This document shows, piece by piece, positions 25,733 to 38,732 of a DNA stretch of 64,000 nt (the first letter of the stretch is position 1; each line of letters starts with the position of its first letter). Source of the DNA: Kudoa neothunni (taxonomy: Eukaryota; Animalia; Cnidaria); NCBI GenBank assembly GCA_964304625.1, contig OZ199838.1, positions 1,527,727 to 1,591,726 of the forward strand. Direction: 5' to 3'. The notes beneath the pieces are model-generated. The model ran no database searches. It saw nothing but the letters and a program-made list of their open reading frames with translations, and had not been told where the DNA came from. A program made the translations under genes and the position numbers.

Positions 25733-27554
25733 ATTTTGAGCATGAAATCGCCCAAGGAATTTTGGATTTTAATCATTTCTTGGGGTTTGTAATCAATTCT
25801 AGATTATCAACAAAATTAACAACATTACGCAATCCAATAAAATTACTTTTGTAAATTTTGAATCTGGTACGATACCACTCGATTTCTAATCTCATAATCA
25901 ATAGCAAGACGAATTGCCTTTACAAATTTTAATCAACAATTAACAAACAAAAAAGTTACTCTATCAATAAGTGACAATACATAATAGCGTTTTTGAATAT
26001 CGGAAAACAATTCCGGATTATTAATCTAAACAAAAACAATCCACAACATTGTAATAATAATAATTAATTTAATAATAATAATAATAAATAATTAATTAAT
26101 TTAATTTAATAATAATAAATACTATAATAATAATAATAATAACAACAACAAACATTCGCTTACCTTGTTAACTTCGGGGTTGTTTTCATTGTCGCAACTA
26201 ATCATTTTTCGTGGGAAATGCGCTGAAGACCAATTAATACTCCCCAAAGTGTCCTCATATGTTATAGCTTATTGTCAACAATTAATTTTCAAATATCACT
26301 CACATAGATAAATAAAAAGTATATAGTTAAATTACTTAGAGGGCGTATAGGTTTAGTTGGTTGATGTGTTGGTTGTTGTTGTTGTTGTTGTTGTTGCTGT
26401 TGTTCAAGAGGGGCTACATCAAGCTCAAAGGTCGACGTAACAGGCGGTAACCACATATCATCAGCAATCAGCATACGATTCACACGGCATGCATTAGGAT
26501 TCAATCTATAGATACGTTCCTACAAGTAAACTCAATTAATTTAATGTTGAAAATTAAATTAATGTTCTGTAAATTCATCCAAAAATTTTGACTATAATTT
26601 ATACAGCAAAATGGAAGCAATGAATTCGATTGATATATGACCATGAATTTCCGTTTACAGTCCGTCGATCTAATTTATTCGACCGACCAACAAATAATCA
26701 AATTGTTTCGGTGGTCAATAATAAAATAGAAATTTTCAAAAAAATAGCTACCCAATAATAATAATCGCAGTTGAAAGGGATTAGATTGGCACATTCGGCT
26801 AGTTTTCTCTGGAACAATTGTACCATATTAGCCATATCGACACCGAACAAAAATCTCGAAGCATGAAACTTGAGTTTGATCCTATTGAGCATTTTGTCTT
26901 CGAGTGTGGGCACGATGTGACCGTAGTTGAATAGTTTTTTCTTGCGGCAGTTCATATTATGAAGATCGCTCAACATGTAAAGTTGATGGGGGTTTATCCA
27001 CAGGAAAAATTCTACACATTATTACGATAATGATGATGATGATTATGATAATGATAATGATAATGATAATAATATATATATATATATATATAATTATACG
27101 GTCTACGATAGATGTTGAGTAGGCGGTCACTTCATCTTCACCTTTAGTACCAGCTGAGGATTTATCGTCATTTTTCGAGTTGTTGATTGATAGATTCATT
27201 AAATAGGTGACTTCTTCTGGTTGTTGAAATTTGTAGGAGTCAGGTTTTGAGGACTGGTTCAAACTCTCAATGTCTTCACCTTTGATTTCCACTCTGTATT
27301 TGGTTTCAGCCACATTAAAACTAAATCCTACAATCGAGATAATAATTAATCAGGTGATTTATTGAATTTTCTCGAACCTTTTGGATTCATATTCAACGCA
27401 GCTGAACCAAATGTGGCATCATTCAATCGATCATACTCTTGTTCATCATAACTTGCACTATCATCCGAATACACTGTATCCATCCAATGTATTCAATATG
27501 TTAGTTAGGTTGATATGGCAAACTATTGAACTAATTACCACAACGAGCCTTCAT
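25733..27554 (-). CDS. PATL1: mRNA decapping activator Pat1 homolog (3' end uncertain)
   Basis: N-terminal DDX6-binding-type motif EQEYDRLNDATFG; mid-domain CDYYY; EDTLGSINWSSAHFPRKMI matches Pat1 GSLGKLTVSSVNNPRKMI. Contains a polyQ stretch. Start is at 27554 or the in-frame ATG at 27483. Confidence 0.8.
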
Positions 27555-27887
27555 GTCTGCACGCTGGCAATCACACTCGCGAGTTAGTTGTAACTTATAA
27601 CGAAACCACGCGCACACTCGTTCTAGAAAGTCCAACCTATACGTTGTAACTGATTGGAATAAATATAAAATGTTACAAATATATTATAATCTACTACAAT
27701 AAATTATAATCTACCTCAATTAAGATTAAGGGGGTATTTGTAGGTTTTACGGATTGTGCTCTGTAACGCGACTGCGTGAATATTTAAGCATAACTAAACA
27801 ACTGCTGAGTATCTGAGTATCTCACTCGGTCATTCATAAACTATACATAAATTTAGAAGTTCATTTTTGCTGGGAATAATCTTTGTT

Positions 27888-28508
27888 ATGTCAACTAAAA
27901 ACGTCATGAAAGCTCGATTGTTCTTCCCACATTTTACCGTGGCTCTATTGAGACCAAAACCCGGGACCGATCCAAACCGTCTCCAATTCAAAATATCCAG
28001 AGAAATGAGCAAACTCGATTTAAAATTGTATTTGAAAGCGTTGTATGGAATTGATGTGCATTTTGTGAGAACAATCATACCGAAAGATCTCACTTATGGA
28101 GGTGTGCTTTTGATAGTGTGGTTCTTTTATGGTTGATTTTCGATGTAGAATATAAATCCTATAATAAAGTCGAATACAAATTAGCCCTGACCACTATTGT
28201 GTGTGGTTGATTTTTGGATTAAATTCTAGTTAACGTATGACTGAATAATTTAGAGCGAACCATTCAAATTTCCCCACGTTGATCATTTCTTCACCGAGCA
28301 CATCAAAAAACAACTCCAACTCCCTCATGTCGAACAACCTGAAGAAATCACCCATAGCAATGGCCCAGTTATTGCAAAACGAGAACGATCCGATCAACAT
28401 GCCCCCTTAAAATTGAAATACGATTATCCCACTTATAAAATTGTTGATCCCAATCAAGCTAAGAAATCTAGTGATTGGGTGGATAATTGGTTTACACTTT
28501 TTAGTTGA
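27888..28508 (+). CDS. MRPL23: Mitochondrial ribosomal protein L23
   Basis: RLFFPHFTVALLRP, QFKISREMSKLDLKLYLKALYGIDV, EYKLALTTI, EPFKFP and C-terminal NWFTLFS*. Three exons. Confidence 0.9.
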
Positions 28509-28640
28509 TATTTTAAATCGGAAAGTTTTTCAATTATTTAGCCAAGTATTTGACACACACCTATTTGGTTTTGTTGAATTTTCTGCGTGCGCATATTTTA
28601 CTATTTTATTTGGTTTTGTCAGCTCAGCGCGATTCTCTCT

Positions 28641-29257
28641 ATGAGTTTCGTTAGAAAGGATGTACAACAGACGAATTCGGTAATCACCTGCAGAACTTTC
28701 ATAGGTACAAGTGTTTATTCATCGCTGTAGAACACAATTAACAATCCAAATGCAACCATTATTAAACAAGATCAATCCAACGAGAAAATTAACACTATAG
28801 TCGATGACGAAATTACAACAACGCATGTAGGCTATCTACCAAATTCCAGTTTAAATTTCGAGAAAGAAAGTAATGACATGAATTTGGAAAAATTCTTATA
28901 AGCGGGACTATTCTAGTACGTCAAATAATGTCAGCGTATGATGATAGCAATCAATATCAATACAACGGTTCTACTATTCAAATTCTTGATGATATTTTAA
29001 GTGGATTTGTTAGAGACACTGTAAGAATTATGATGATGGTGGTGGTGGATTTAAATGATATTATTGCTGTTGTGTAGACTCGACGAGCTGAACAAGTAGG
29101 CAAACGCGGAAAAATCACAACAAGCGATATCATATATGTGGTCAAAAATGATAAAATCAAATATTATCGTGCAAAAGAATTACTCAAACTCAACGAACAG
29201 CTTAAGAAAGCTAAAAAGCTAGCTGAAGCTGATGTTGATCTTGATCTTGATTTGTAG
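28641..29257 (+). CDS. TAF13: Transcription initiation factor TFIID subunit 13
   Basis: The four-exon product contains FEKEIRQIMSAYDD, TIQILDDILSGFVRDTTRRAEQVGKRGKITTSDIIYVVKND and RAKELLKLNEQLKKAKK, matching the TAF13 histone fold. Confidence 0.9.
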
Positions 29258-30845
29258 TCAACTACTCCTGTATTATATATGCTTATTACAGATTTTTTAA
29301 TTTTTTCAAATTTTGCTAATATTTTCTTAAAATTGAAATAATTCAACATTAATTGTAGAGATACTTACACTTTTGGAACTTTTTGATGTCGACAATTCTA
29401 ATCTCATTTATTGATGAAAGGAGCAGTTTATTTTATTGAATTCTAATTAGTTTATTATTCGTAAATTTAAATTAATTAGTATTTCATCAATTTTCCGTTA
29501 AAACCAAAACCGTGGTCACAACTACATTCAAGGTATTAATTCTTTATTGGAAGTAAAAAAAGCGCTCTACTTCTGGTGCATTCTAAACTTCTACATTAGT
29601 ATCTATATTTTTTATGAGAAATAAAATTTTTGTTATTGTTAAAGAACGAATGAATGAATAAATGAATGAATAAATAAATAAATAATTCACGGGTGTTTGA
29701 ATGATGTCGTGATTTGTTAGGACATTTTATGAAGGGTACTAGGAATGTCGGGTTGGTTTTCGGTGCGAGATTTAAAATAAAGATAATGAATTTCGATATT
29801 TTCAATAAAAACTAAATAAGGAAGAATTATACATCCCACTATTATAGAAATTTTTCAAACGCACTTCATTATCGTTTATATTAAAATCACGATATACAGG
29901 AAGAGTAACCAATTCACGCATTTTTTATAAACATATTTAATGAGAAAATTTTTTGGTCATTTTTTATACAATACTTAAAATAAAACCCCGTTTCGTGAAG
30001 GCATCCTTGCGAAGGCATCCTTGCGCAAACTAAAGTCTTTTTGATTCTTAAACAAATAGCGCTAATACACAGTTTTGCCTGGTACTGTGTGATGGAAATT
30101 TTCAACTTTTAGTTTTATTTTTGAATGGAGAAATTCTACGGAATATTTAATTTAATATAATTAATTAGCATGTTAAATATTGTAAATTTTATTTTTCTAT
30201 TTTAATTGATACATTTTGTTACTTGACATTATTTTTTAAATGTGATGATTTAGTGAAACCAAATAATGAGTAAAAACATATCGATATATATGATAAAAAG
30301 AAATATTCATTTATGAAGTTATCACAAAAATTTAATTATTTGAAAACTCTACTCACATCTTACATCGTTTTTAGAATATGAATAGAGACCAAAATTATTC
30401 CAGAGTAGCAACAACTTATAACCTCAAATTATGTGTTCAATTTAAAATGATCTTAAGTCTATTTTCTTATAAACGAAGCTATATTTAAAAAAAATATGTT
30501 TCAAGTTTTAAAGGAAATGCAACAACTCTTTTAAATGTGACGTTAATAATTTTATTTGTCTTACAATTACTCCAAATATGTAGCATTTTTGAAACATTCC
30601 ATACTAAATTTAACTGATTTTCTTTGCATATAATGGGTAAAAGTTCATTCGAATAGACTATCGCTCCGAAGTAAACAAACATCAATACAGTAGGTGACGG
30701 CTCGTAAGCACTTAAAGAGAACCAAGCAGCTTCGTTCTTCGAAAGATAAACTGGTGGATATAATGACATATAATGAAAAAATATCGAAAGGGAAAACAGA
30801 AAAACTAAAATTCTTAATGGTTTTAACGTAAAATCTCTATTCTCT

Positions 30846-32620
30846 TTAACATCCCTCGCGCCCCAAAAAACAACATACACTTGGTGCTATTGGGGTCTAT
30901 TTGACCCCATGTTTTTATTGGTTCTATCTGCTGTAAAAATTTTGATAAACTTAGTTCCAATATTTAAAAAAATATATCGAAAAGTTTCAAAGTTATCATA
31001 ATAAACATTTCTTACAGGGTCGCACAAATTTCGACGATCACACAAATAATGTTACCAATTATTAAACTCTGAGTGTTATGGATTGCCCAAATCATTTTAA
31101 TTCCTATTTTGGCGCAAATAAAAAAATTATGAAATGTTTAAAGCTCATAAAAGTGTATACTACTAAATAAATTGAGTCATTTATTGATCTCTCATGAACA
31201 ATTCAAACAAACTCTTGAATTTAAGTAGAATCTTTTTCTGAATTTTGATAAGTTTACGTTGGTTCTATTAAACGTTTCTGTAGGAATATTGGGTCGTTTG
31301 ACAAGTTTATCCGCTAAATTCTCGTGGAATTTGGATATTTTAATTTTATTTTCGTTGAATACGATTTGATACAGGGCAAATGCATTAATTAAACGTATAC
31401 CTAAGATACTGAAGAAAACCACTGTTGGCCTACGATTTGAATATCTCTTATCGCTAGTATTCTATGAACGGTGTCAACCCCACCTTTTGTTTTATTGTAA
31501 CAATTAATATCTGACTTTTTATAAATATATATATGTATATATAATCATCAGATAAACTGGTATTATTTGTTGACGTTGCCAATATTAAAACAGCCTTATT
31601 TTGTTAGTACATAGATATCCCAGCATTTTCTTGTCATTAAAAAGAAAAAGTGAACTGGATAAAAACCCTGGATTTATTCGTTTTCATTGTCTCAGGAATA
31701 TCTCGTTTATTATATTTGACGGTACCAAGCATTGTGGGTCCAAGTTTTAATAACTTATCGGAGAGGAGTACTGAGATAAAAAAATTGTCGAAAACAATAT
31801 TTCTACCATTAGATTTTAAACAAGAAACGAGATCCAGTGCAACACTCTCTTCCAAGCATTTTTCCCTTTGATTATTGACTTTACCTAGGTAAATGAATAT
31901 ATTATGGTGATAATTAGTTGCAGGGTCAACCAACAAAAAAAATGGATGCCATAAACCACCGGCTATGAAGGCATGTACTCCTTAAATGAGCACTTACCCC
32001 TAAATGATATTAACCGCTAATCGCCCATCGCCCATCGACAGTTAGGTCTGTATGAGGAATCAGGCATTTAGACAGTATCCCTTTCCAATTCTCAAAAATT
32101 TCTCGAATTGAGCAAAATTTATTGCCTTCTTTTCGCTGAGGCTTCGTTTCAAAGTCATCAGAATGTAGAGCGCTTGTTATTTCAACAAATCTACGTAAAG
32201 GCATCCATCATGTACGAAATATGGGTCTATCGTTGTCTACACTCCATAAGGATTTAACAGATTCTAGTTTAGATTTATAAATCGCCATGTATTCGAGAAT
32301 GCCATGTATACAAGAATGTCATCTAAGCACGAAACTCTAAACATGATAACTCTTCCCACGATTCGAGATAATGATGAAATCCAAATTTGTTTTTATTTTT
32401 GACAATAATATCGTAGAAAGTGACGTCTAAAAATATATGCAGGTAGTCAATTAACGCTCTTATTCTGTTAGTTGCATAGGCGGTTATGCCCGTAGTCTTA
32501 GCCATTATGTTCTCCTTCCGTGTTTTAGTTGATATGGGTATTTAGGTAGACCATGACTGGTTATTTTCATTTATGTACACAGAAGGTGTATTAACACATA
32601 CATTATCATCAGAATCGGAT
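30846..32620 (-). mobile_element. piggyBac (PGBD4-like) transposase relic
   Basis: Fragments MPLRRFVEI, LTVD, FRGKCSFKEYMPS*P..YG, GRNIVFDNFF, GTVKYNK and YNKTKGGVDT, broken by stops and frameshifts. A subterminal GGGGTCTATTTGACCCC palindrome lies near 30892. Confidence 0.85.
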
Positions 32621-32999
32621 GATAACAATTCTAAATCACTATATTCTTCAATGTCAAGGATTTCACTGGAAAACATATACAGTCAAGAATGGATATTGCG
32701 TGGGTTTTGGGGACCAGAAAAAACCCACGCAATAAAAAGTTTTTACGCAATATCCAGTTTTCATACGTGCGCATCACACTGTAAAATACGATTTTCTTGT
32801 GCTTACGTTCGATGATTATTCCTACAAACAAACATTGTTAAAACACAAATAATACCGAGTTCAATTTAGGAAGAGTTATTAAACTTTGTCAATAAATCTT
32901 GTGATTTTTGTATGTCGAAATCTTTACATTGATATTTTTTAAATTCTACCCGGTATGGGATATAAATCAAACAATCTAGATGGAACCTCTGGAATTAAA

Positions 33000-34330
33000 A
33001 CTTTCATTAAAATATTAACTATACTTTTTATTCATTTGATTAAAATTTTGACTTCTTTAATAATTGGTTCGATATCATCAGATTAACCATTGTTGCAGCA
33101 TTACCATCGTCAAATATATTTTCGTAAACTTTGAATTCATTTAAAAAGATTAATTATGTGTACATAAAATATTCCTTTTTGAACTGTTTCTGGCTTAAAA
33201 TGACTTTCTTAAATCTTTTTGTTCTATAAACTGATATATTCTTTTATTACAGTTTTATATTTTGCTTTACTTCAAGCATTTTTGATTTTTAAAATAATTA
33301 AATATAAATTCTGGCGTAATACTCTCCCAAAGTTTAATTAATAACATGATTGAGTTTAGTAATGTTTATTTTTCGATGATAAAAGCTTCACATAAAACCA
33401 TGCGCTTAGTCAGTGTATTCCTGCCTTAATTTTTAATGCGTTTGATGATGCTTAAATAAAGGTTTGAAGAATATTTGATGTTTTTGGTAGGAAAAAAATT
33501 TCGATCTTTAAAAAAAATTAATATTTTGGGGATCCAGAGGATATTGGCTATCAAAATTAAAAAAACTTTTCTATTCTCATTTATCATTCTTTGGTTCAAC
33601 TTTCTAATTATGTTTATAAATCTATTACACATCGTCCATCTTTTTTTTGGATTAATATTCACACTATGTATGTTTAAATCAGTTAAAACGTCTTGGATTC
33701 TGAAATTTACCAGTAGAATCTGATGGGAGTTTAGCACTATTTACAAAAAAATAGTGACAGTGAAACATTCACTCTTTTTTGGATATTTTTCGTCATATAT
33801 TCCAACTTCGTCCTTTAAAATATAACTAATGTTTTGTAACTGCTCATAAAATTATAAACAATTTCATCAATGTTTATAACGTCTTTAGGATTATATGCCT
33901 TAACCAAATTAGTGTATTCAACAGATGAAATATCTGTATTCGCAGCCTCACCATGAAACATTTTGAAAGCTACCCCATATTTTGATATGGACTCTGAAAG
34001 GCACCCTTCATTAGACTTTAAATTAGAAATTTCTTTTTTACTTACAATGTATAAAGCAATTCCGATAATAACACATCTCAGCAGAACATTATTATTCGAA
34101 CATTGTTTAACGATCCAATCATACAGTTCACCATCTATATTTTTAATTTTTCCCAAAAATGTGTCCTCTTTAGTTTCAATATCCGTATTGTTGACTTTAT
34201 CTTCGTGTGAATGAATTCTATCAATTTTTAAATGACTTTAAATGTGACAATGTATTAATGATCAACGTAAATCACCATATTACTCAATTTAACTTAGAAA
34301 TTGTAATCTTTTTGACGACTTTTAATATTT
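33000..34330 (-). mobile_element. Tigger/pogo (CENP-B HTH + DDE_1) transposase relic
   Basis: ELYDWI..FHGEAA..YNPKDVINIDE (33815-34156) and WTM..RKVFLILIAN (33426-33737); disrupted. Confidence 0.8.
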
Positions 34331-34597
34331 GTATCGAATTATCGTCCTTCGAAATAAATAATTAACAAAAGAAATGAGCACGTTTCTCCTTATGATGATT
34401 TCAAAAATGTTGGCTACGGATGGTTTTCTTGGCTTTAATAATAGGTTAAACTTGAAAAATCAGTTTCCATGGCGAAGCTACTTAGCACGTTACCCATAGG
34501 AATCATTACAGTTTGGAACATTCAACTTTTTAAAATTCTTGAAAATTAAGGGGGGATCAAATATGCAATGTCGAGATCGAGATGAGACCGCGCGCTG

Positions 34598-34841
34598 TTC
34601 TATCAGTTCTATCAATTCTGTCAATTCTATCAATTCTGTCAATTCTATCAATTCAATTCTATCAATTCTGTCAATTCAATTCTGTCAATTCTATCAATTC
34701 TGTCAATTCTATCAATTCAATTCTATCAATTCAATTCTATCAATTCAATTCTATCAATTCTGTCAATTCAATTCTGTCAATTCTATCAATTCAATTCTAT
34801 CAATTCTATCAATTCTGTCAATTCAATTCAATTCTATCAAT
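34598..34841. repeat. Compound minisatellite of TTCTATCAA / TTCTGTCAA / TTCAA units
   Basis: Directly visible ~240-bp array of two 9-bp variants and a 5-bp truncated unit. Confidence 0.95.
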
Positions 34842-35362
34842 TAACGTCTTGTAAGTGATTCCAAAACATGGTTATTTTTGTTCTTAATAAATTGTTTTCA
34901 CAATCACTAAAAGAAACCCGAAAATTTTTAATTTTTAATAATATTACGTCCATTATAACAATTATTTTTTCGCGCCAAAAGTGTTCCTCAATTTTTTAAT
35001 TTAAATCTAAATTACATAATATTTTTCAATCGATGGATGATCCTAACTATATCTCTTCTAATGATGTTACGTATGTGGAAAATTTGAAAATATCCTACAA
35101 AGGTGTCGGTTATCCATCCTATAGGTGACGAATTGGCTAAAATCGAGCTATACACATGTAAGAGTATATGGAAAAAAGAGCAGATTATTTTAGAAAGTCG
35201 AAACAAAAAAATGAACGTTCACGTATCTTTATCACGTGCGCGCCTAAAAGCTATTAAGAATTACACGTCTACGAGGCCTAATTCGTACTTTTCCCCACAG
35301 AAATAAGCAGGCGCGCACGCAAAAAAGAAACATGGCAATAAAAAATAAAAATCATTATTATA

Positions 35363-37736
35363 CTATTCTTCATTATTAACACAGGTTGTAGAGTTGATTG
35401 GTGATGATGGACATGAGGGTTTGGTTGTGAAAAGGGTGTCACTCTTAATTTTAAACTCTACAACAATAAACGAATTATAAATTACGCCAAAAAAATCAAT
35501 ATCAATCCCATACTATTGTATACATCGAACAATTCCTCTATATGTGTTTTCAGATCATCATCCAACTGGTTGCAACTATAAAAATTTCAATCAAACAAAC
35601 TTTCACCAAACAAAAACGCAAACTTTTGAGTGTCAATTATTGTCCGCAGTAATTTCGTCACGTAATCCTTAAATTTGAAAGTGCTGGATATAACAGAGGC
35701 AATCTCTGGGTTTATTTTACACGTCCGATTCAGATTACTATCGCCCAAGTAACCATTGACAAGTAGTGTCCAATACTAGAACGAAACAACCCCAATTAAC
35801 CACATAACAACCAAACACACAATACATACGCTAATCGGTACAGGAGATTGTTGGAAGTACGGCTTACAACACAGAGGGCAAATGTAATTAGGTGGGATTT
35901 GATCATATGACACAAATCCCACACAATGGCCATGCTGCCAATGGAAACAATGCTCACACTATTCAAATGTACACACTATTAAACGCTCACAAACAACTCT
36001 ACAACAATACCTGTAACATTATACCATCATCTTCTTTGGAACTGCAAATACATTGTACAGCGCCTTCATTGAACAATGAGGACATTGAATTTTGGTTGGT
36101 TGTTGGTGGCTTGTCCTTTTCGTTGATCAGCGATTCGGAGACTTCATTCATTGAAATGCGATTTTGATCATTAATCGATAGGATATCACGACTATCCACC
36201 TTGGAAACCAACTGAGTTTCGTCCAATAACGAACCCTTATCTACAGTGCAACCATTACGTTCGGCATTGGAGCTTGTGGGGAATTCAGTGGTGACATCGT
36301 GAGGTGTTGGTACTATTGAGGTGGTAACTCCACAGCAGGAAACATCGTTAGTCACATGATCGATGATTTTGGTGATATTGGACTTTCTCCTTTTAGAAAT
36401 TCATCCAAAAACTACAACAACCATTAGGTACCTGTTGTTTTGGTTGGATGGTGGTCGTTTGTTGGACCTTTTGGAATTATTTTTGGAGGATTTAACGATT
36501 TTGGCTGCTGTCACTTTTTGTTTGTTTTGAAGTTTAGAAGCCGAACTTTTAACATTGCTGTTATTGCTGTTGTTATTATTGACAACGTGAGGTTGAGTAG
36601 GTTTCGACTTGACATTGGTGGGTTTCCGTGGTTCGCACGTAACTACCATGATAATTCAATACACCGCTTTTGTTGAATGAATCATCCACAACAATGGTTT
36701 CCAAAGAGTAACGTCTGTTAATTTTTCTGGTGTGGTACGCTTTAGAGGTACCATTGGTTGGACCGTTTAGCTCTAAGGGATTGCCTGCAGTGCGCTCCTC
36801 AATGACAAGCTCCTTTATTTTATTATCACCATTGTGTGAGAGAGATGACGCGCAATCGCAATTGGTGGGAGCGGTGGATTCCAGACTATCCGAAATCATG
36901 TTGTCACCAGAAGAATTGTGACTTTGTTGGTTTGAAGAACGTGTTGATGAACCATCAACCACCACATCAGTAGTAGAGATAATAGTGGATTTAGCATCAT
37001 CTACATTTGAAGTATTTGAGGGGAGAAAAGTGGATTTGGGCGGTTGTTTCACGTTCAACTGTTGTTCTAATTTGTTTTCACTAATGCGAACACTCAAAAA
37101 CAACATCTATATACTTTTTGAATGTGTAATCCTATTAGAGAGTTGAATTGAATTTTTAGTGATAACCACAGCAGCAGCGGTGGTGGTGGGCTCATTCAAA
37201 TTTTCAGCAGAATCAATTGAATCTTTGGTTTGATGTTCGGTTTTAACATTTTCCGCAATAATGAGTGGTCTTATACGTGTACTTCGTAAGGAGAGCCATT
37301 CGTCATTCTTCGAATTTTGGTTGTGATAATGGATTTTCAATCTTCTTTCACGTCGATTAATGGCAATAATCTTCGACAAATGCCTACAACCAAATTCATT
37401 AGAATTCATTAGAATCCATCAGAATCCATCAGAATACCATAATTTTGATTGTAACGACTTCACATCAACTTTATCTCCTACTTGCCATTTGTATCTTCTC
37501 TTAGCCAAAAACTGATTCGAGGAGGATCTGCTTGTGTCCATTATGTCATTGGTTTTCCTTTTGGAGCTGGATGACGACAGTTTTCCTACAATTGCTGTTG
37601 CCATGGTTCTATTGTTTTTGAATGTACTTTTTCGGAATCTTTTGTTGTTGTAGGTTCTCAAAGTGGGTTTGTTCTCGCTTTTTCCATTCAAACCCGAAGC
37701 TAGGTGATAGGTCTCAGCATTCACTTCGCCGTCCAT
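35363..37736 (-). CDS. PHF20: PHF20/PHF20L1 (MBD-R2)-like Tudor + PHD finger chromatin protein
   Basis: Tudor: WQVGDKVDVKSLQSKLWHLSKIIAIN..LKIHYHNQNSKNDEWLSLRSTRIRPL. PHD: VQCICSSKEDDGIMLQCEHCFHWQHGHCVGF..PPNYICPLC. Long low-complexity linker; several short introns. Confidence 0.8.
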
Positions 37737-38223
37737 TGTTCAAAAGAACGATCGTGCATACACGTAATTAGTCACGTGCTCGGTTTAACAACATAATCAT
37801 CACCTAATACGTACTTGCGTTTAAGACGAAGTCACATTACCACTGGAGATAATACATATTGATGCCGTAAACCAACCGGCTTCAATATGTATTGGGTGTG
37901 TTGAATGATCAATTGGAATAACACTGAGGTGGATAGCGAAAGGATAAAAATTCGGATATCAACGCTACCGAGGGAGTCGGCGCCCATCACATCCAATCAA
38001 CAACACTTATGTGATAACGTAAACAATAAACACCACACTAATTAGGCTATCTTATCGGACATGTGAACCCACCTAAAAAACAATATAATCTCACACATTC
38101 TATCTAATAACCCACAATTGGATACCTATTCACAGATTTTATAATCGGGTGATTGAGGTTCAAGATAACAACCTTGAATATTGAAATCCCCCGCAATTAG
38201 CAAACCAATTAATAACTGGCTGA

Positions 38224-38523
38224 TTATTTGTGTTTCGGGGAAAGATTATGCTTCTTGAGAGACTCCAAATGATTAATCCATCGTAGATTTCTAGTCTCAC
38301 AACTACCAAATACTTCAGCGTCCCAAAGGATATTGTTGGGAGATTTAAAATTGAGAGGGTCGGTTGCGTTCGTATCTGTAAGAGATTTGGCAATGGGATT
38401 TTGGGGTTTGTTTCGGCTCGATTTGAATTGGGCCGGTGCAAACTCGGGCTCGGTGTTCACCTGATGATGGTCATATTTACGTTTTTTGTTATTGTATATG
38501 CGCGGAGTTTGTGCTGACACCAT
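38224..38523 (-). CDS. 99-aa uncharacterised ORF upstream of the PHF20-like gene (uORF or separate small gene)
   Basis: ATG preceded by AAAC and by an acceptor-like TCTTAG 12 nt upstream. Coding-like composition; basic NLS-like KKRK; LWDAEVFG segment. Confidence 0.55.
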   Translation of the reverse strand: MVSAQTPRIYNNKKRKYDHHQVNTEPEFAPAQFKSSRNKPQNPIAKSLTDTNATDPLNFKSPNNILWDAEVFGSCETRNLRWINHLESLKKHNLSPKHK

Positions 38524-38597
38524 GTTTACGTTTGTCTAAGATTTAATTAGAAATTTTTCGACCGATAAAAAAGTAATTAAAATTATTAATTGTTGAT

Positions 38598-38732
38598 GAG
38601 AGATAATCAATATAATTATAATTTTTTAATTATTATATTTTAATTATTCTATTATTCAAGGAGAGATAATCAATATAATTATAATTTTTTAATTATTATA
38701 TTTTAATTATTCTATTATTCAAGGAGAGATAA
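38598..38732. repeat. Perfect 63-bp tandem duplication
   Basis: 38598-38660 is identical to 38661-38723, followed by a partial third start GAGAGATAA. Confidence 0.9.

Noticed and set aside
27020-27100. Poly-Ile stretch in ORF 26957-27313
   Set aside because: It is an (AT)n/(ATC/ATT)n microsatellite within a PATL1 intron read through by the ORF finder.
30485-30880. 131-aa hydrophobic ORF
   Set aside because: Non-ATG start, overlaps the piggyBac end, AT-driven composition, no family motif.
34539-34854. ORFs of 101 and 90 aa over the minisatellite; CRISPR-like array
   Set aside because: The ORFs are by-products of a stop-free repeat, and there are no unique spacers.
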